A stretch of DNA of 64,000 nt. It comes from Tubulanus polymorphus. Taxonomy: Eukaryota; Animalia; Nemertea. The stretch spans positions 11,478,655 through 11,542,654 of the forward strand of contig NC_134033.1 of assembly GCF_964204645.1 (NCBI RefSeq), in the 5' to 3' direction. The translations under genes and the position numbers were made by a program. Shown here piece by piece: positions 23,201 to 36,393 of the stretch. The notes beneath the pieces were generated by a model. It had not been told where the DNA came from. It did no database searches and was given only the letters and a program-made list of their open reading frames with translations. Position 1 is the stretch's first letter, and every line of letters begins with the position of its first letter.

Positions 23201-26200
23201 TATAACAAGTTTGAATGCCACAGCCAAACCATGTGGTTTCGTAAACTGCTCATACATTGACAAAAATCACTACAACATAATTACTGGAATGTAGAAATTA
23301 AGAGATATTTGCATAAAATGGGGATCTAAAAACTATTTGCATAGTAACGTGAGGATGTAGAAACTATGGGATGTGTCACGTAAATCACTTATCATATATC
23401 ACATCATATTTGTCAATCATCAGAATATGAAGAAAAAAAAAACGCATCTGTACAAAATCTCTATAGGCCTAAATGTATCATAACTATCACTTACAAGGAA
23501 GAACATGCGTTGCTGGTAGCCCTTCTTGGACAACTTTTGTAAGCACCCCTCACGTATGAATTGCTGAAATGAGAATATACAATGATTATGAATCACGAGT
23601 CACACACGTACTGCATTTGACAACAAGATATCTCATACTTTCACTGCAGCCAACATTTCCACTGTGAGGAAACTTGTAGCTGATTCTCTTATTCACTGTT
23701 AGAGATTTGCGCTCTCAATCTTGTTTTTTTACTTATTTTAATGTAATTCATAAATATTCTACTCACCCTGTGAGGTTGAATTAAGTTGTCAATGCCTGAA
23801 AGATCCCTTTGTAATTCTAAAAGCCTTTGAACATTTTCTAATCTCCAGAAACGATCTCTATATGGATCGGTCACATCTAATATACGTTGATGAGCCACTG
23901 AAATAAAACACATACTCAGCATATAACAACTGCAAAAAGAAAAGCACTGCATCTGTACTAGAGACCCATGTTTGACTGTGAAAGGCTGAAGGGTAAACCA
24001 CTGAAACACAACCCCTCCCATATATTATTTCATCACACATAAGTTTGATGTTAAGTGCTCTTTTTGCCGTGATTTGACATAAAAAGTGCCCTCCCCATAA
24101 TAGTGAGTGCCCTTATACAATTCGGAACCCCTCGAGATAGGGCCCTGGATCCGCCCCTGTGTATAAAATGGAGCTCTAAACCAAAAATCTTTCAGTTTAT
24201 CGGGTCTAACTGCGTAAGTAACTTACAATTACAGTCTCTGTAATCTGGATGGTCGGCTGAATAATGCTGTAATAAACCTACAAATGACAAAAATTACAAC
24301 ATTTTTACACAAAGTTATTTTTGAGGTAAAACATTTTACAGCACAGAGCCACTAAAGGTTTTCATTGATTCTGAAACCAATAATCTAAATTGCTTTTTAA
24401 GCTATGCATATACCAGTACTTGAAACATCATAAGTGCAGGACAGTTGGCTTGAGTTTTTTAAGTCGATTTGAAATTACTGTCAAAGTCTGTTATAACGCC
24501 ACCGATGGGACCCAGAAGAACATGTGGTGTTTTCAATTTCAGGTAGATTTGTGCGTAGTAACAAACTGGCGTTAATTGAGCACTCGCATTAAAAAGGATG
24601 GCGAAATTAAGGATTTTGACGAGTTCATTTGAAATCAATTTACTCGTATCTGTGAAAATGGATGTGCTGGGGTTGGACGTAAAAACAACAGATGGCATTA
24701 CTTACGATCCATGAGCATGTAATAATGTAGAAGACGATGTACTGGTTTCAGGAGGAATGTGTTTAAAGGGAGGTAGCAAAACTTCTGACTTTCAAACTCT
24801 TTGTACGCAGTCTCCAAGCGTTTACTGTTGCGTACGGCGACGTCCATGTCGGTCAAAATTTCATCCAGTTTGTCGAGATACTCTCTGTAGTACTGCATCG
24901 TAAAAATAAATGACAGCCAACAAATTATTAACGGTTATCATCCGAAGCATGTAGGAGTGCTTTTGAATTTCTGGCTTTAAGATTATGTCACACACTATAC
25001 ATAATCCCTTCAGTATACATAATGCCTTACCTGTAAAATTTTAGTATTGTTCACCATCAAATCACCAATTTTCCTATAGTCACCATTTATATGTGCATTT
25101 GATTTGCCCTCCCTGATAAGATAATCATAGATACGCAAAGGTGAGTAACTTACTCTATGCAAAAAAAGAATAAGATTTTGTGTCTGTCATACCAAACAAA
25201 AGAAAAATACAGAATACAGTAACTGTGCAAATCTTTTACATAAGTATATCGATATGCCAAAAGTTGGTTAAAGTTAACGCGTGGATATATGGATGACTAC
25301 GTTATTCAGCTGTCCCTACTGCAAGCTCTACACAGGATGGCAAACCTAACAATTTAATGACTTCATCAAAACTTAAGAGTTTATTTTCGATCAACTTGCA
25401 TCTAGATTTTTAAGCCTCATTCTAGCATTTAGGGAAATCACATCTTGCATAGATAGACTAGCTTCATCTTCTAACGCAGCATTTATATTCGATAGTACAC
25501 TATTGGCATCTGGCGGATCCACACTTGCCATAAATGGAATACAGAGCCCTCATAAAAACTGCATGGTTACCATACATGGCATATCCAAGAGTTTTAAACA
25601 ACTTCAACCAACTTTTGAGCAACTGGCTCCTGCTTACTTATTGTTTTCTATCCTAAAACCGATAAACCGTATCAAATATATACATACCACATAGCAAGTC
25701 TTTGTTCTAACTCCTTTAGAAACCAGCAGTGATGATCATAGATCGGGTCTATGTACGTGAATATGAGTTTAGTTAGATAGTCTGGAAGAAGATCGTTCTG
25801 GCAAAGCATGTTCCGGAACCACTGTAAATAAATAAACATATGTACGACATACTGCAAGCAGAATAATTTTTTTTGAAGAAAGGAGATGTAAATTCGCTCA
25901 AAATCAGGGTTAACAGACTTTTTTTCATCCCTAAACACGCTCAGCTCAGCCAGGATATTATCAACAGGTTCGACGTTTCAATTTCCAAAGGGTGGAGAGC
26001 CAAAGAAGCAAAAACTCTGGATTTTGCTATCTCTTATTCTCAAGTTTCAGGCGAGATGTTAGAGAAATTTCTGACTGCTGAACAATTCCACTAACGACTT
26101 ATTTCCTGATTCCAATCGATCTAAAACGGATCTAATTTCATGGAAATCAGTTGACGTATTACATACCACGGTTAGCACCTCGATATCTTTTTTGTATGTT

Positions 26201-29200
26201 CGCTCTGTCATGAGTAATTCTTTCGCGATGTAATACGCTTGATCAATTTGATGACGCTACGAAATAGAAAAATTCAGTCAATTTATATTGAAGCGATATT
26301 TGAGCATCATTTAACCCTTTCAGTGCTGACTTATCAATACCCTACAGTGCTGGAGATAATTTGAAAATTTTGAAAAATTCCACCCTAGTGTGTTGAATAA
26401 CGGGAATACCACTATAGTGCGTCTACACCGCAACGCAGTGTATCATTAGTTACTAGTATTTCACTATGTTTGACAGGTGCTGCGATTTTTCAAGAGAGAT
26501 AATTATTAATTACTAATTACATCAATACACCGCAGTGCAATGTACTCGCAAAATCCATCACCAATTCATACACCACACTGCAGTGTAGACGCACTGAAAG
26601 GGTTAAAGAATGTTCATCGTATACACAGGCCGATTTTCAAAAGGTCATGGAACCATTTGGCTTTAGACTGAGTTCCATTCCATAGATATCCACCTATACC
26701 TAAAGTCATAATCTATCACGAAGAATAACTCATCAAATTTTTACCTTTCTGCGTCCCTCGTCTTCGGATTCGACGGACTTTTTTCTCTGCATGAGATCGT
26801 CGTCTGAGTCGTCGGTTTTGAACGAGGCACCGCTGGCCGAGCTCAGCGTACTGGTGAACGTACGCGACGTACCCTGCGACTGAACGCTCGTGTAAGAATT
26901 GTCGTGACCTGATTGTCCTGAGTGATTTTGACGATCTTTATCGCGTAACTGTCAGGAAAATAAATAAGGGTTATGAACGAATCAGTCGGTTAGAATAAAA
27001 CCTACTCTACAAAAGGGGATACAATACATTCTTAGAATGATGTTCTAACAATAGTAGTCGTAATAAAAGCCTATATTGATTTCTGGACTCAGCTCGGGTT
27101 ATAGTATTTGAACCTCAAGTCTAAAGCCCATATCACTTTCTCAGTTTTTGCCAGATAGCCGTACCAACGTTGACCGACCGGCTTGGTTTTTTAACGGTTT
27201 GGCAAAATATCAAACTTGTTTTATACACAAATCATAAAATCATACAAACTGACAGGATGAGAAAAATAAATCTATTGCCGATCGAAAATTATCAAAAATC
27301 TAAATGATGAAGTATCTGAGTAATTGTTTGATATAATGACACCACTTTAGATGGCAACGTTGTCCCAATTTGTCAGCGCATGCCTATTTGATCTTACTGA
27401 TTATCCGGTTGAATCAGGAAAGTGCGCGACGAAGGGCTTAAGCCTACTGGTTAGAAATACCGTTCAACTGCGTACATGCATCGTGTATTTGATTGTAAAA
27501 CATAAATTCTCATTCGAACTAACAACTTTAGCACTAATCTCACTATCTTACTCTACATACTCGAAGTAACGCGTTTTTTTTCGAATTTTCATCAAATGCC
27601 GAAAATATGTACGCTACTTATTCATGCAATCGTGATAAAAATTATGATTATGATCATCACACGAAACATCATTATTGACGGGACGAAACTGGCCGCACTA
27701 TTTACCACCCGATCAATCACTTCACAGACTTCATCGACAATATTCAAATCAAATAAAATCAACGTTTATTACCTCTTTCATATTCAAACACAGCATTTAT
27801 AAAGCAAAAATCATGCATTAACCCTAATTAATCTCCTTCAAATTTTTTGGGAAATTTCAGTAATATCTTAATTACAGTGTATGCTAGGATATTGGAGTAA
27901 AGCATTAATTTTGGACCCAGACCTTATGAGACAAGCGCCTTTATAAGGATTATCAATATAAATTAGTGAGTTGAATCTGTCTGTATTTCTTTTTTGATTC
28001 TGTAATTTTTTTGCATACTTGTGCATATACCCAACAACCAAATTTTACATGTACCGTATAGTAGAAGCCAACACTAGTGATTGTGAAATCAGTGTAAGGT
28101 ACCGGTAGCCCGTATTCACTAGTAGGGAGGAATTTAAACCTGATTGTATTAAAACTACTCTCTCAGGTACAGCCCTTCTCAGCTATCCATCATCTGTGCA
28201 TTGCTATCAAATGCTGAATGACTGAAGTTTGCAAGTGAAAATGAAGTTAGGCAATCACAATTTCATTCATAATAGAGTCGGACTAATCAACTTTCAGGGC
28301 GTAGGGCTAATTAGCAGGTGATGATGACCACTGAAAAATTTACTCTTACTGAAAGCATTGTTATATATAAGCGAAGCAGCTTACAAGCATGATATCAGAA
28401 TATGTCGAACCAACGCGCGATGCTCGAGCCAGAATCTTGACAGAAATTTTTGTAAGTGTTTCCGATTGTTAAAAAATGTCATGAGTCAGCTGAGGTGTAG
28501 CGAGATAGCTCGATATCGCAAAAAAAAAGGCTTCGACATATTCTCAGTGATGAAGAGAGAAAGAAAAGCAGGCAGAAAATAATGGAATACCCATGCAGTG
28601 TGTCTCGACTGTCGCCGGCCCTGGGAGGAAAAAAGAAAGAGCTAGGTCTTAAATGACTCTTAAGCACGTAATATGGCAGTGTAATATGCAATAGGTGGCT
28701 GAAAGCCGTCAACACGTCTGAAAGTATGAAAATATATTAGCAAGAGAGAAAATAAAATACGTATGACATTAAAATACACTGAATTGAAATGAATAATCAA
28801 ATAATACAGAGTCGTAGTATTGAGCATAAAAAAAGTTTGGTTACAATTGGGATGAAATGATTTATCTATGGAATGAGATGAATCTCTGTCGTTAGGAACG
28901 GGTTAGAAGTCGAGGTTTCTACAAACAGTAGGTTTACAGGTTTATCATAAAAATAAACTTCAGCCTAGCTCAGTAAACGACCTGGGGCCAGCTGCACAGT
29001 CATGGCTTAGATCTACAGACTGTCCGAGTTCAATAATCGAAACAACTTAAGACCAGTCTTAACGTCTTAAGATCACGTTTGGACCTCAGTCGAGACTATG
29101 CAACTGGGCCTGGTGTTATCTAGGGTGGATCATCATTATGGAACAACCAAATATCAACTGAAGATCTTGAAGCCTGGACACCCATTTTGATCTTTTACCT

Positions 29201-32200
29201 AGAACCAATTTAAACCCACACCAGCAACTACCAAACAAAAACTCAGTTCCACACAGAACAACCTAACTTAAACTCAGACCCAGTTCCACAGTTTTTTGGT
29301 AACGTATGACTTGTGTTGAATCAAGTTTATCTTATCACTCCGTTGAAAAATTTGGAAAAATAACTGTGTGGCTGAATCCAGGATCACCAAAGTTTTACAC
29401 GTACATTGTCTACTTTTGAAGACTGGTTATAGTTAGCACTGATTTCCAATGATTTGCAAATAATCCACAAATCTATGACCAGTCTTATCCTAAGTCCAGC
29501 CCAATTATGGGTCGAACTTACACACACCACCTGGTGGGAAGAACTGATGGATTCATGCACCGATGAATTCGTGTTTAAAGTTGTTATACCTCATAATAGA
29601 AATCAGGCCAAACTAACTTGTTGTACCCTGACGATGATTGCTACAGAATGGAAAACATTCATTTCAAAATGTTGGTAAACTGAATGAAAAATTGACGAAA
29701 CGGTCCTTGAAATTTAGTACATTTCCATGAGTTATAGATATGCATAGCGCTTTATCTGGAGTAGAATATTGTTCATAAATCTGGAATAATTGAAAATGTT
29801 GTCCATAACATAAAATTCATATATTCACCATTACTGTCGGAAAACAGTGAGCGTAAACAAAATGCTACACAAAAAAATAAATAAATCAAATGAATGAATG
29901 AATGGAAAATGAGTGGGAAAAAATACAGGATATTAACAATACAGTAGACAGTGCTTGCCTTAGATCTCATGAGACTTCGAGATATTCCCAGAGGCAATTC
30001 AATTCTGAGGGAGAACATGCTTTACAGTAGAAATGTTTCTAATATTTTGTGCGGGGCACATAATAGTAGCAGGCAAGCGCAGTCTACTCATATATAGCAT
30101 CAATTACTGAATTTGGCCTATTTTATTAACCGGCCACATCAATAAGGTACAGAAACCATAACTAAAATTCTGCAGGAATCTGCCAGGTTCTTCTTCATTT
30201 AAATCAAAATTTGAATCAATTTTTCTCACTATTAAAAGAATAGTCAGTGAGAGCTATGAATGACATACACTGAGTGGGAAATTCAATCTTGTATCTATTC
30301 CATGACTTGTCTGATAATATTAGGATTTGGGAGCCTTAAAGTCGTGTTTGAAATGACCTAATTGTAATCATGGACGTATTAACTAGATCCGGTATACAAC
30401 CATGTTGTATTGTTGCCCTCTTGTGCGGGCCGGTACCCGATTGATTTTCAAAACGAATAAGAAAACCAGTCCCTCAACCATCCGCCCTCGTGAGAATCCA
30501 AATTGGATGACATCGGGTGTCCCCATCACTCCCTCCTGGATCAGGGTATGTTCTACTAAAACATACAATGTATTTTATATCGCGTTGATAACAACATTCA
30601 CAGTTTCCACCGATTTCGCTAAAAAACTTACGTAAAACTCAACTTTTCCCGAGGAAGACGACGTTTCTTGTTTGACGACGGGACCGGTCGGTTTATGTAT
30701 CGGACCCGGCGATTCGTGGCGATAATTCATAGGGACGGGTACGGTATCTTCGTCGTACGTAAACGTATCGTTGTCGAGTTCATCGGCCGGCGTAACTACA
30801 ATAGATAATACACGCTCGCTATTAGATTATATTATTTCACACATTTGAAAAGTCATTCATTCATGTTAGTTATAGTGGGGTTGGTTTAGTAGGGGTTGGA
30901 TGGTATATTCAGGTTAAAGAAAATTATTCATCAAGATTTCTTGATGGATAAATCTCGTTTTCAATCTTTTAAATATGTATATAGTGGGTTTGTTATTTCA
31001 TTATGTACCCTTAAGCCTTGACTGCAACTCCACCCCCCCCTGCCTGAGTTATAAGTTCAGCTGACTTAATAATGATTGATATCACCATAAGCGAGTGTTA
31101 TTTTAGCATGAAAATCCTTGTCCGGCAATATCATCGCATGAAATCCTGAAAACCTCAGAGAAATTTACATAAAAATGCAGCACTAGCTAATGCCAGAAGC
31201 ATCATGAAAGCTTAAATTTTGGATTTTGTCACAAAAACAACTCAACATCAAACAACTCATCAGTTTTTCTTTCTATTTCAGCTGAACAGTTTTTCAAAAG
31301 CTCTAGCTGGATGCATTATCTTTCCAAAATATGAACCGCGAATGAATAAACCTTAACTCACAAGGCTAGACGTGCGTGGCACGGAATGATATGGTATTTA
31401 TCAGAATTGAACCTGTGTAATCCTAAACTATTTTGCAGTAAATTGACACAGACACAAAGGGGTAGATTTTAAGTGCGATTAGCAAATAGAAATTGGACAT
31501 CTACACTATTAAAGCTAGACTTGTCTCGGGGCCAGATAGTCAAGTAATGCAATTGCAGAATGCATCTCGATGATAGAGAAAAGACAAAACTTTAACACAG
31601 GAGATTCAGGAATTCTGATATCAGACGAAATACTCTGGGCCCGGTTTTATAGACTGGTATTACCTTCAACCCGGGTTATTACTCAATTGATAATGAATTG
31701 AGTTAGCCCCCGGGTTTAAGGTAATACCAGTCTATAAAACCGGCCCCTGGTGTATACAATAGATCCTGTCAAATCTTTTGCCCTAATCAAGATTAAATTC
31801 ACCACCAACCACATAAATGTACCTAAAATACGATGCAGAGTTTACTGAACCTTTGATTCCTTGTAAACCGAAATTCAAAATGTTATGGATCGAGTAGGGT
31901 TTACTGAACTTTTGGGTTTCTGGATCAATTCCAGGAATAATGATTAACTTCAGAATTGACTTCATCTCCTGCGAGTTGCTTTACAACTATCTCACGTACT
32001 TGGCTACAGCCTGTGCCCAGATAATATACACCTTTCCGGAAAAGCCATAGATTCATCCATGAACCAAAACTCAGTATCTGGTTCCGCAGTAACCAGCTAG
32101 ATGAGACTCTACAGTTTGTTTTCTTTTTGCTTTACGTCGTGTAGATCTTGGTTTCCCAAGACTTTCTTGGATTATTCACTCAACCTCACGATAACGACGG

Positions 32201-35200
32201 GACCACAGCCTTTGAAGTGCTACCCGCACACTTTATTTTCAAATAGTTTGACTCAGAGTTAAATCTAACTTACAACTGCGGCACTGAGCTCACAAGAATC
32301 ATGGTTGGATTTCTGGAAAGGTCTCAGTAACGTAGCATGCAGAGTTTTCTAGATAGCAATGGCTAATATACAGGACACAGAAATACAAATTCCACACGAA
32401 TTACATAGTTTATACCAGACACTGAGTAGACAAGTCAATCTTATCTATCTTTTTAGAGCCTTATTTGATTAAGATTTGGATTTGAAAGACTAAAAATCCA
32501 GTTCAAAGTCAATTGAATATTAACCAATTTTGCTTTGTGTATAACAGAGTGTTAGTCTGGTGGCATAACTAGTGTGCTGGTACTCCGCGGAACTAATATG
32601 TTCCAATCAAATATAAGCCGAGGACCCATTCCACAGTTAAACGCCGAGAATTTGGCGAACCAGTTCATCTAGTATTTTGGAGTTTGTATGGGTGGAATTT
32701 GTAGATGACACGTTAGTACACATTTCTGATAAAACGAGTGAAAACACTCTCGAGAATTATGAGAAATGAGCACGCGGGGAATGTATTGATGTTGTGCGCG
32801 AAACGTTGAAGACAGAATCCTTACTATCCGTTCGTTCACGAGTTTCCTCATAAATAGCATTAACTGAAACACATCATAAATGCATACAGAAAATAGACAT
32901 AATTCTGAGGTGCCGGGGTTTAGGGTTCACAGCGGTTTACGTGCAACATGCATCCAGTCCCAGTTGCGAGTTTTGAGTTAAAATTTGACTCGGGTTTCAA
33001 AATTTCAAAATCTCGCATCGAAGGAACTGGGTTCCAGTCTTTGATAGTGGATTCATTGAGCTACCAGCAATCATGAGCTAATAATGCACAGTACATTTTC
33101 ACCAGAGCAATATTTTTCTTTACATCATAGACAATACGCATGAAACCTGCATTCTGAGTTAACACACCTGGGACAGGAAAATCCTGTTAGTGCTAACCGT
33201 GGTTTGTACACTGTGGTTAGGCATAAATGGGCGCAGGGAAACGCTGTTAGCTAACCATTGTCTTCGTGCAGCCTCGTATTTCAAGCTGGTTAGACTAACC
33301 ACGAATAAGCCGCTAACCACGGTTAGGCTAACAGGGTTTTCCTGCGCCTGCTTTGATGCCGGTATCTCCGTCTAAAGCAGTGGTCACAAACACTCTTAGG
33401 AAGGATGGTTTACCAACATTTACGTGACACAATTCGGTGGTGATTTTAAACACATCCAGATGAAGGAAAGGAAACACTATCAATCAATGGAGCGTTTATA
33501 GATTGAAATTATACCCACATCTAACAACTTAAGGCAGGTATTAAGATTTAAGACCACTTTAGGACGCACTGGACCCAGAACTATGAGATATTTTTAAGGT
33601 AACGGACGAGGAACCGACAGATAATTGTTAGCAAATCTAATCACGTATTGAGAAACCCATCCGAAACATGCTTAGATTCGTCGATACTCAAAAGATGCAG
33701 ACCCCACCCGCATTCGTACATCAATGAATACGTACGGCAAAGCGGCGAGGGTTCACGGTCTCTGGAAGAACTACGGTCGCGTCGATTCATTCTAGGCGTC
33801 GGTGATAAGCCACTCTCCATGCTGCCGTCAGGCGTATTCGTGCTGTTCGAACGCTGTTGCATAAAATCACGTTTCGTATCGGATGAACTATGAACTCGAA
33901 TCATTCCGTCTTGTTCACGCCTGTGTGTAAAAGTATATTCATATTTTGTTATCGAAACATACATTATCTTAATGAATACAATTTTAAGAGATATGAATGG
34001 TTTCAGGGGCGGATCCAGGGCTCTATCTCGAGGGGGTTTCGAATTGTATAAGGACACTCACTATTATAGGGGAGGGCACTTTCTATGTCAAATCAAAAAG
34101 GCAAAAAGGGTACTTTACATCAAACTTGTGGTTTTCAGGGGTATTTACAACGCCAAATAATGCCAAACGAGGGCACTCCATGGATTCCACTCCACAAGTC
34201 AAATCCATGGATTAAGGGGCACAAACAATGCTTGACGGTATTCCAGAACCCTCGGAACCCCTCTGGATCCGCCCCTGGGTCTTGAGGGTTGTACTTGCTA
34301 GTTAAGGCACTGGCCTAGGTGTAATAATTCACATATTTATGTACTCGTTCATTTTACCACCGGAAAATGTTATGAACAGTGGTAGTTTGTAATAACTAAT
34401 ACTGAAGAGACGTACCAGTTCGCTGCATTGTTCGGCATCAGTAACTTCTGTTTGCGTGTCATACTCGTTATTTGCGGTATATTCTCGACCTCCGGCGATC
34501 GCGCCAACTGCTTCTTCTGATCCTCCAGCCGTTTCAGTTTCTCCTGAATGCTAAATGCGGGCTCCGACATTTTGCGGTCGAAAATCTTCGACGACGGCGG
34601 CGGCGCGAACGACTTGTTGCTATGAAATACATCTGAAACGATACGAATCGAATTGGAATATTTTAGAGACGAATGATTCGGAAGAATAAATTAGGACCGT
34701 TGGTAATAAGTGCGAGTGATTGATTGTCTCTGCAGTTTTATGTGAGGAATTATGACAGGGTGGCGCCACTTTCCACCCATTTACAAATCCCGCGAGTTTT
34801 CCCTGAATCAGAGAAATTTCTAGATTTCAAATGTTACAAAGTTCATTCATTATTCATTGAATCCTGTACTGATTGATAAAGAAACACGTGGTCAATAGCA
34901 TTATCCATATTCCCCGAGGTTTCCAGGTTTTTGACGAAATTTGTCAAATTCCCTGGGTTTTCCGAGATTTTGTCTAGATTTTTCTGGTTCCCTGAGTTTT
35001 CCGGGTCAGTGGTCACCCTGTGTGGAGATTTAAACCAGATTGCATCGCAATAGGTGATAGGGGACTAACGTGAACTCAGTCATGACTGAGCGTACCGGCT
35101 ACAAGGGCCTGATAGACCAGTCAATTGAATATAAATACATCTATAGATATTATCCCGAAATTCTTAATATTGGTAAACACCGGAAAGATCACCAGGAAAC

Positions 35201-36393
35201 CACAAAAAAATGACTAAAAGACATGCTTTCCCTGATCACCAAATATAGATTTAATGATAACCTATGATAACCGAGACAGGAGATTGTAGCTTATGCCGAT
35301 AATGCTGTGAACTTCAACCAGAATAAAAGAAATAATGAAGCAATACTCCAAACAAAACCTACTGGAGTTTGTGAGGTTTAAGAGAGGAAGTGTTCGAAAC
35401 CCTATTACCAACAGGTGTAATAATAATGCATGTATGTACAAAAAGACACTTTGAATCATCCATAAAATTATATCAATTATTGATTTCATGACTGATTCAA
35501 ATGTTCTAAAGTGCCCAGAGCAGCAAATTCACACAAAATCTAACGTATTCAAAACTTTATCATTAATGAGAGTTCTTCGATTTCAAATTTGCTACTCGTC
35601 AAATAGAAAAATTGGCATCCTTCAAAAGAATCTGTCATTTCACCTGTTTCTTAGGGATTCAAAATAATTGGTAAATGATATCCAATCAAAATGACTTGTG
35701 GTGATCAGTGATATTGTGAAGGATTTAATACAGGCTTCTCTAGAGGTCCTACAACCGTGCGCTATATTGGTTGGTTAACGCAATAAGTAGTTTTTACATG
35801 CACATTTATATGCACTAGTTCTTAGTTTCTATACCCCTATTTCATGCAAGTATTTTTCAAGATCCCGATAATTTTGTCATTTTTGTTTGAGTGATCGGCT
35901 CTAATGACCACGTTGTTTAGCTATCGCATCAAACATGTTAATTCAGTCAACAGGTTTGATACGATAGCTTAATGCATTAAAATCTAATCAATCCGAACAT
36001 TTTGTACTATTGTTTGTTTGTGTTGATCTATATCAATGATGACTATGCCTACCAACCAACCAACAGCGTCACAATAAACAATGACATCACGTGTGCAAGA
36101 CCTCTATAGAAGGATCCAAGTGATGATTTCGAAGGAAAGAAAACGTGATTAATATCGCTATAGCAATGCTGAAAGCGGAGAGTGCATTGTTGTGATGTTA
36201 TCGGTACCGTCTTCCTCCAGATAACCGGCGCCACCGGTATCGACGTGCTCGAGAATCGCGCCGTCGCTGTACGGATGGGCGTACCCGTTACTACCCTCGG
36301 GCGGGTACGGTATGTTGTTGTTTACAGCGACAGCCCGTCGTGCCACGTCTTCAAAAAACGGGTACGGAGGAAGCTCCAATACGCCGCCGAGAT
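20278..36393 (-). CDS. FARP2: FERM, ARHGEF and pleckstrin domain-containing protein (FARP1/FARP2/Cdep orthologue); 3' 20 exons encoding linker, DH and two PH domains; FERM part not in window
   Basis: Exons in transcript order: 36393-36208, 34632-34416, 33920-33736, 30795-30632, 28620-28591 (microexon), 26948-26745, 26256-26167, 25821-25688, 25112-25031, 24892-24706, 24277-24227, 23897-23767, 23563-23495, 23079-22990, 22781-22699, 22622-22519, 22085-21934, 21398-21291, 20761-20610, 20356-20278. Phases are all compatible (2498 nt). Diagnostic peptides: AYYIAKELLMTERTYKKDIEV, CYLPLNTFLLKPVHRLLHY, FIREGCLQKLSKKGYQQRMFFLFSDMLIY, HRANTTMHVCWHRNTSVS, NQLSGYVLRKFKNSNGWQKLWVVFTNFCLFFYKTFQDDYPLASLPLLGY, VFKLQFKNHVYFFRAES..FERWMEVI. 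The four linker exons rest on splice signals and frame rather than homology. Confidence 0.93.
24038..24159 (-). mobile_element. Truncated copy of the CAGGGGCGGATCCA MITE (see 34004)
   Basis: Reverse complement of 34004-~34128; ends TGGATCCGCCCCTG. Confidence 0.8.
26315..26602. mobile_element. piggyBac-type MITE, 288 bp, TTAA TSD
   Basis: TTAA-CCCTTTCAGTGC...GCACTGAAAGGG-TTAA; second copy in the opposite orientation at 40601-40888. Confidence 0.9.
28591..28620 (-). CDS. 30-nt in-frame microexon of FARP (GRRQSRHTAW)
   Basis: Strong acceptor TCTTTCTTTTTTCCTCCCAG, donor GG|GTATTC; phase 0-0, between two phase-0 junctions. Confidence 0.55.
28985..29109. mobile_element. Harbinger-type MITE with CTG TSD
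   Basis: CTG-GGGCCAGCTGCACAGTC...GACTATGCAACTGGGC-CTG. Confidence 0.6.
31638..31746. mobile_element. Harbinger-type hairpin MITE, 109 bp, CTG TSD; related copy at ~56765-56872
   Basis: CTG-GGCCCGGTTTTATAGACTGGTATTACCTT...AAGGTAATACCAGTCTATAAAACCGGCCC-CTG; near-perfect long palindrome. Confidence 0.85.
33171..33347. mobile_element. Harbinger-type MITE, CTG TSD
   Basis: CTG-GGACAGGAAAATCCTGTTAG..CTAACCGTGGTT ... AACCACGGTTAG.CTAACAGGGTTTTCCTGCGC-CTG. Confidence 0.7.
34004..34277 (+). mobile_element. MITE with CAGGGGCGGATCCA TIRs, possible 5-bp TSD
   Basis: 14-bp perfect TIR CAGGGGCGGATCCA/TGGATCCGCCCCTG; flanks GGTTT / GGTCT. Related ends at ~2635-2682, ~9798 and ~42985. Confidence 0.85.
34756..35020. 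mobile_element. MITE with CAGGGTGG...GTGGTCACCCTG termini and internal TTCCCNGRGTTTTCC subrepeats
   Basis: Terminal inverted CAGGGTG/CACCCTG and four internal subrepeats. Confidence 0.65.

Noticed and set aside
29629-29660. CTGACGATG...GAAAAC hammerhead-like string
   Set aside because: Stem II is not properly closed, there is no stem I/III support and no PLE context.
29957-30002. 46-nt exon-like segment (IELPLGISRSLMRSK) with good acceptor and GC donor
   Set aside because: Its start phase does not fit the neighbouring phase-0 junctions and no partner exon was found.
34179-34209. CATGGATT...AATCCATG 31-bp inverted repeat resembling the 7-bp-TSD footprints
   Set aside because: Flanks (GGCACTC / GATTAAG) are not duplicated.
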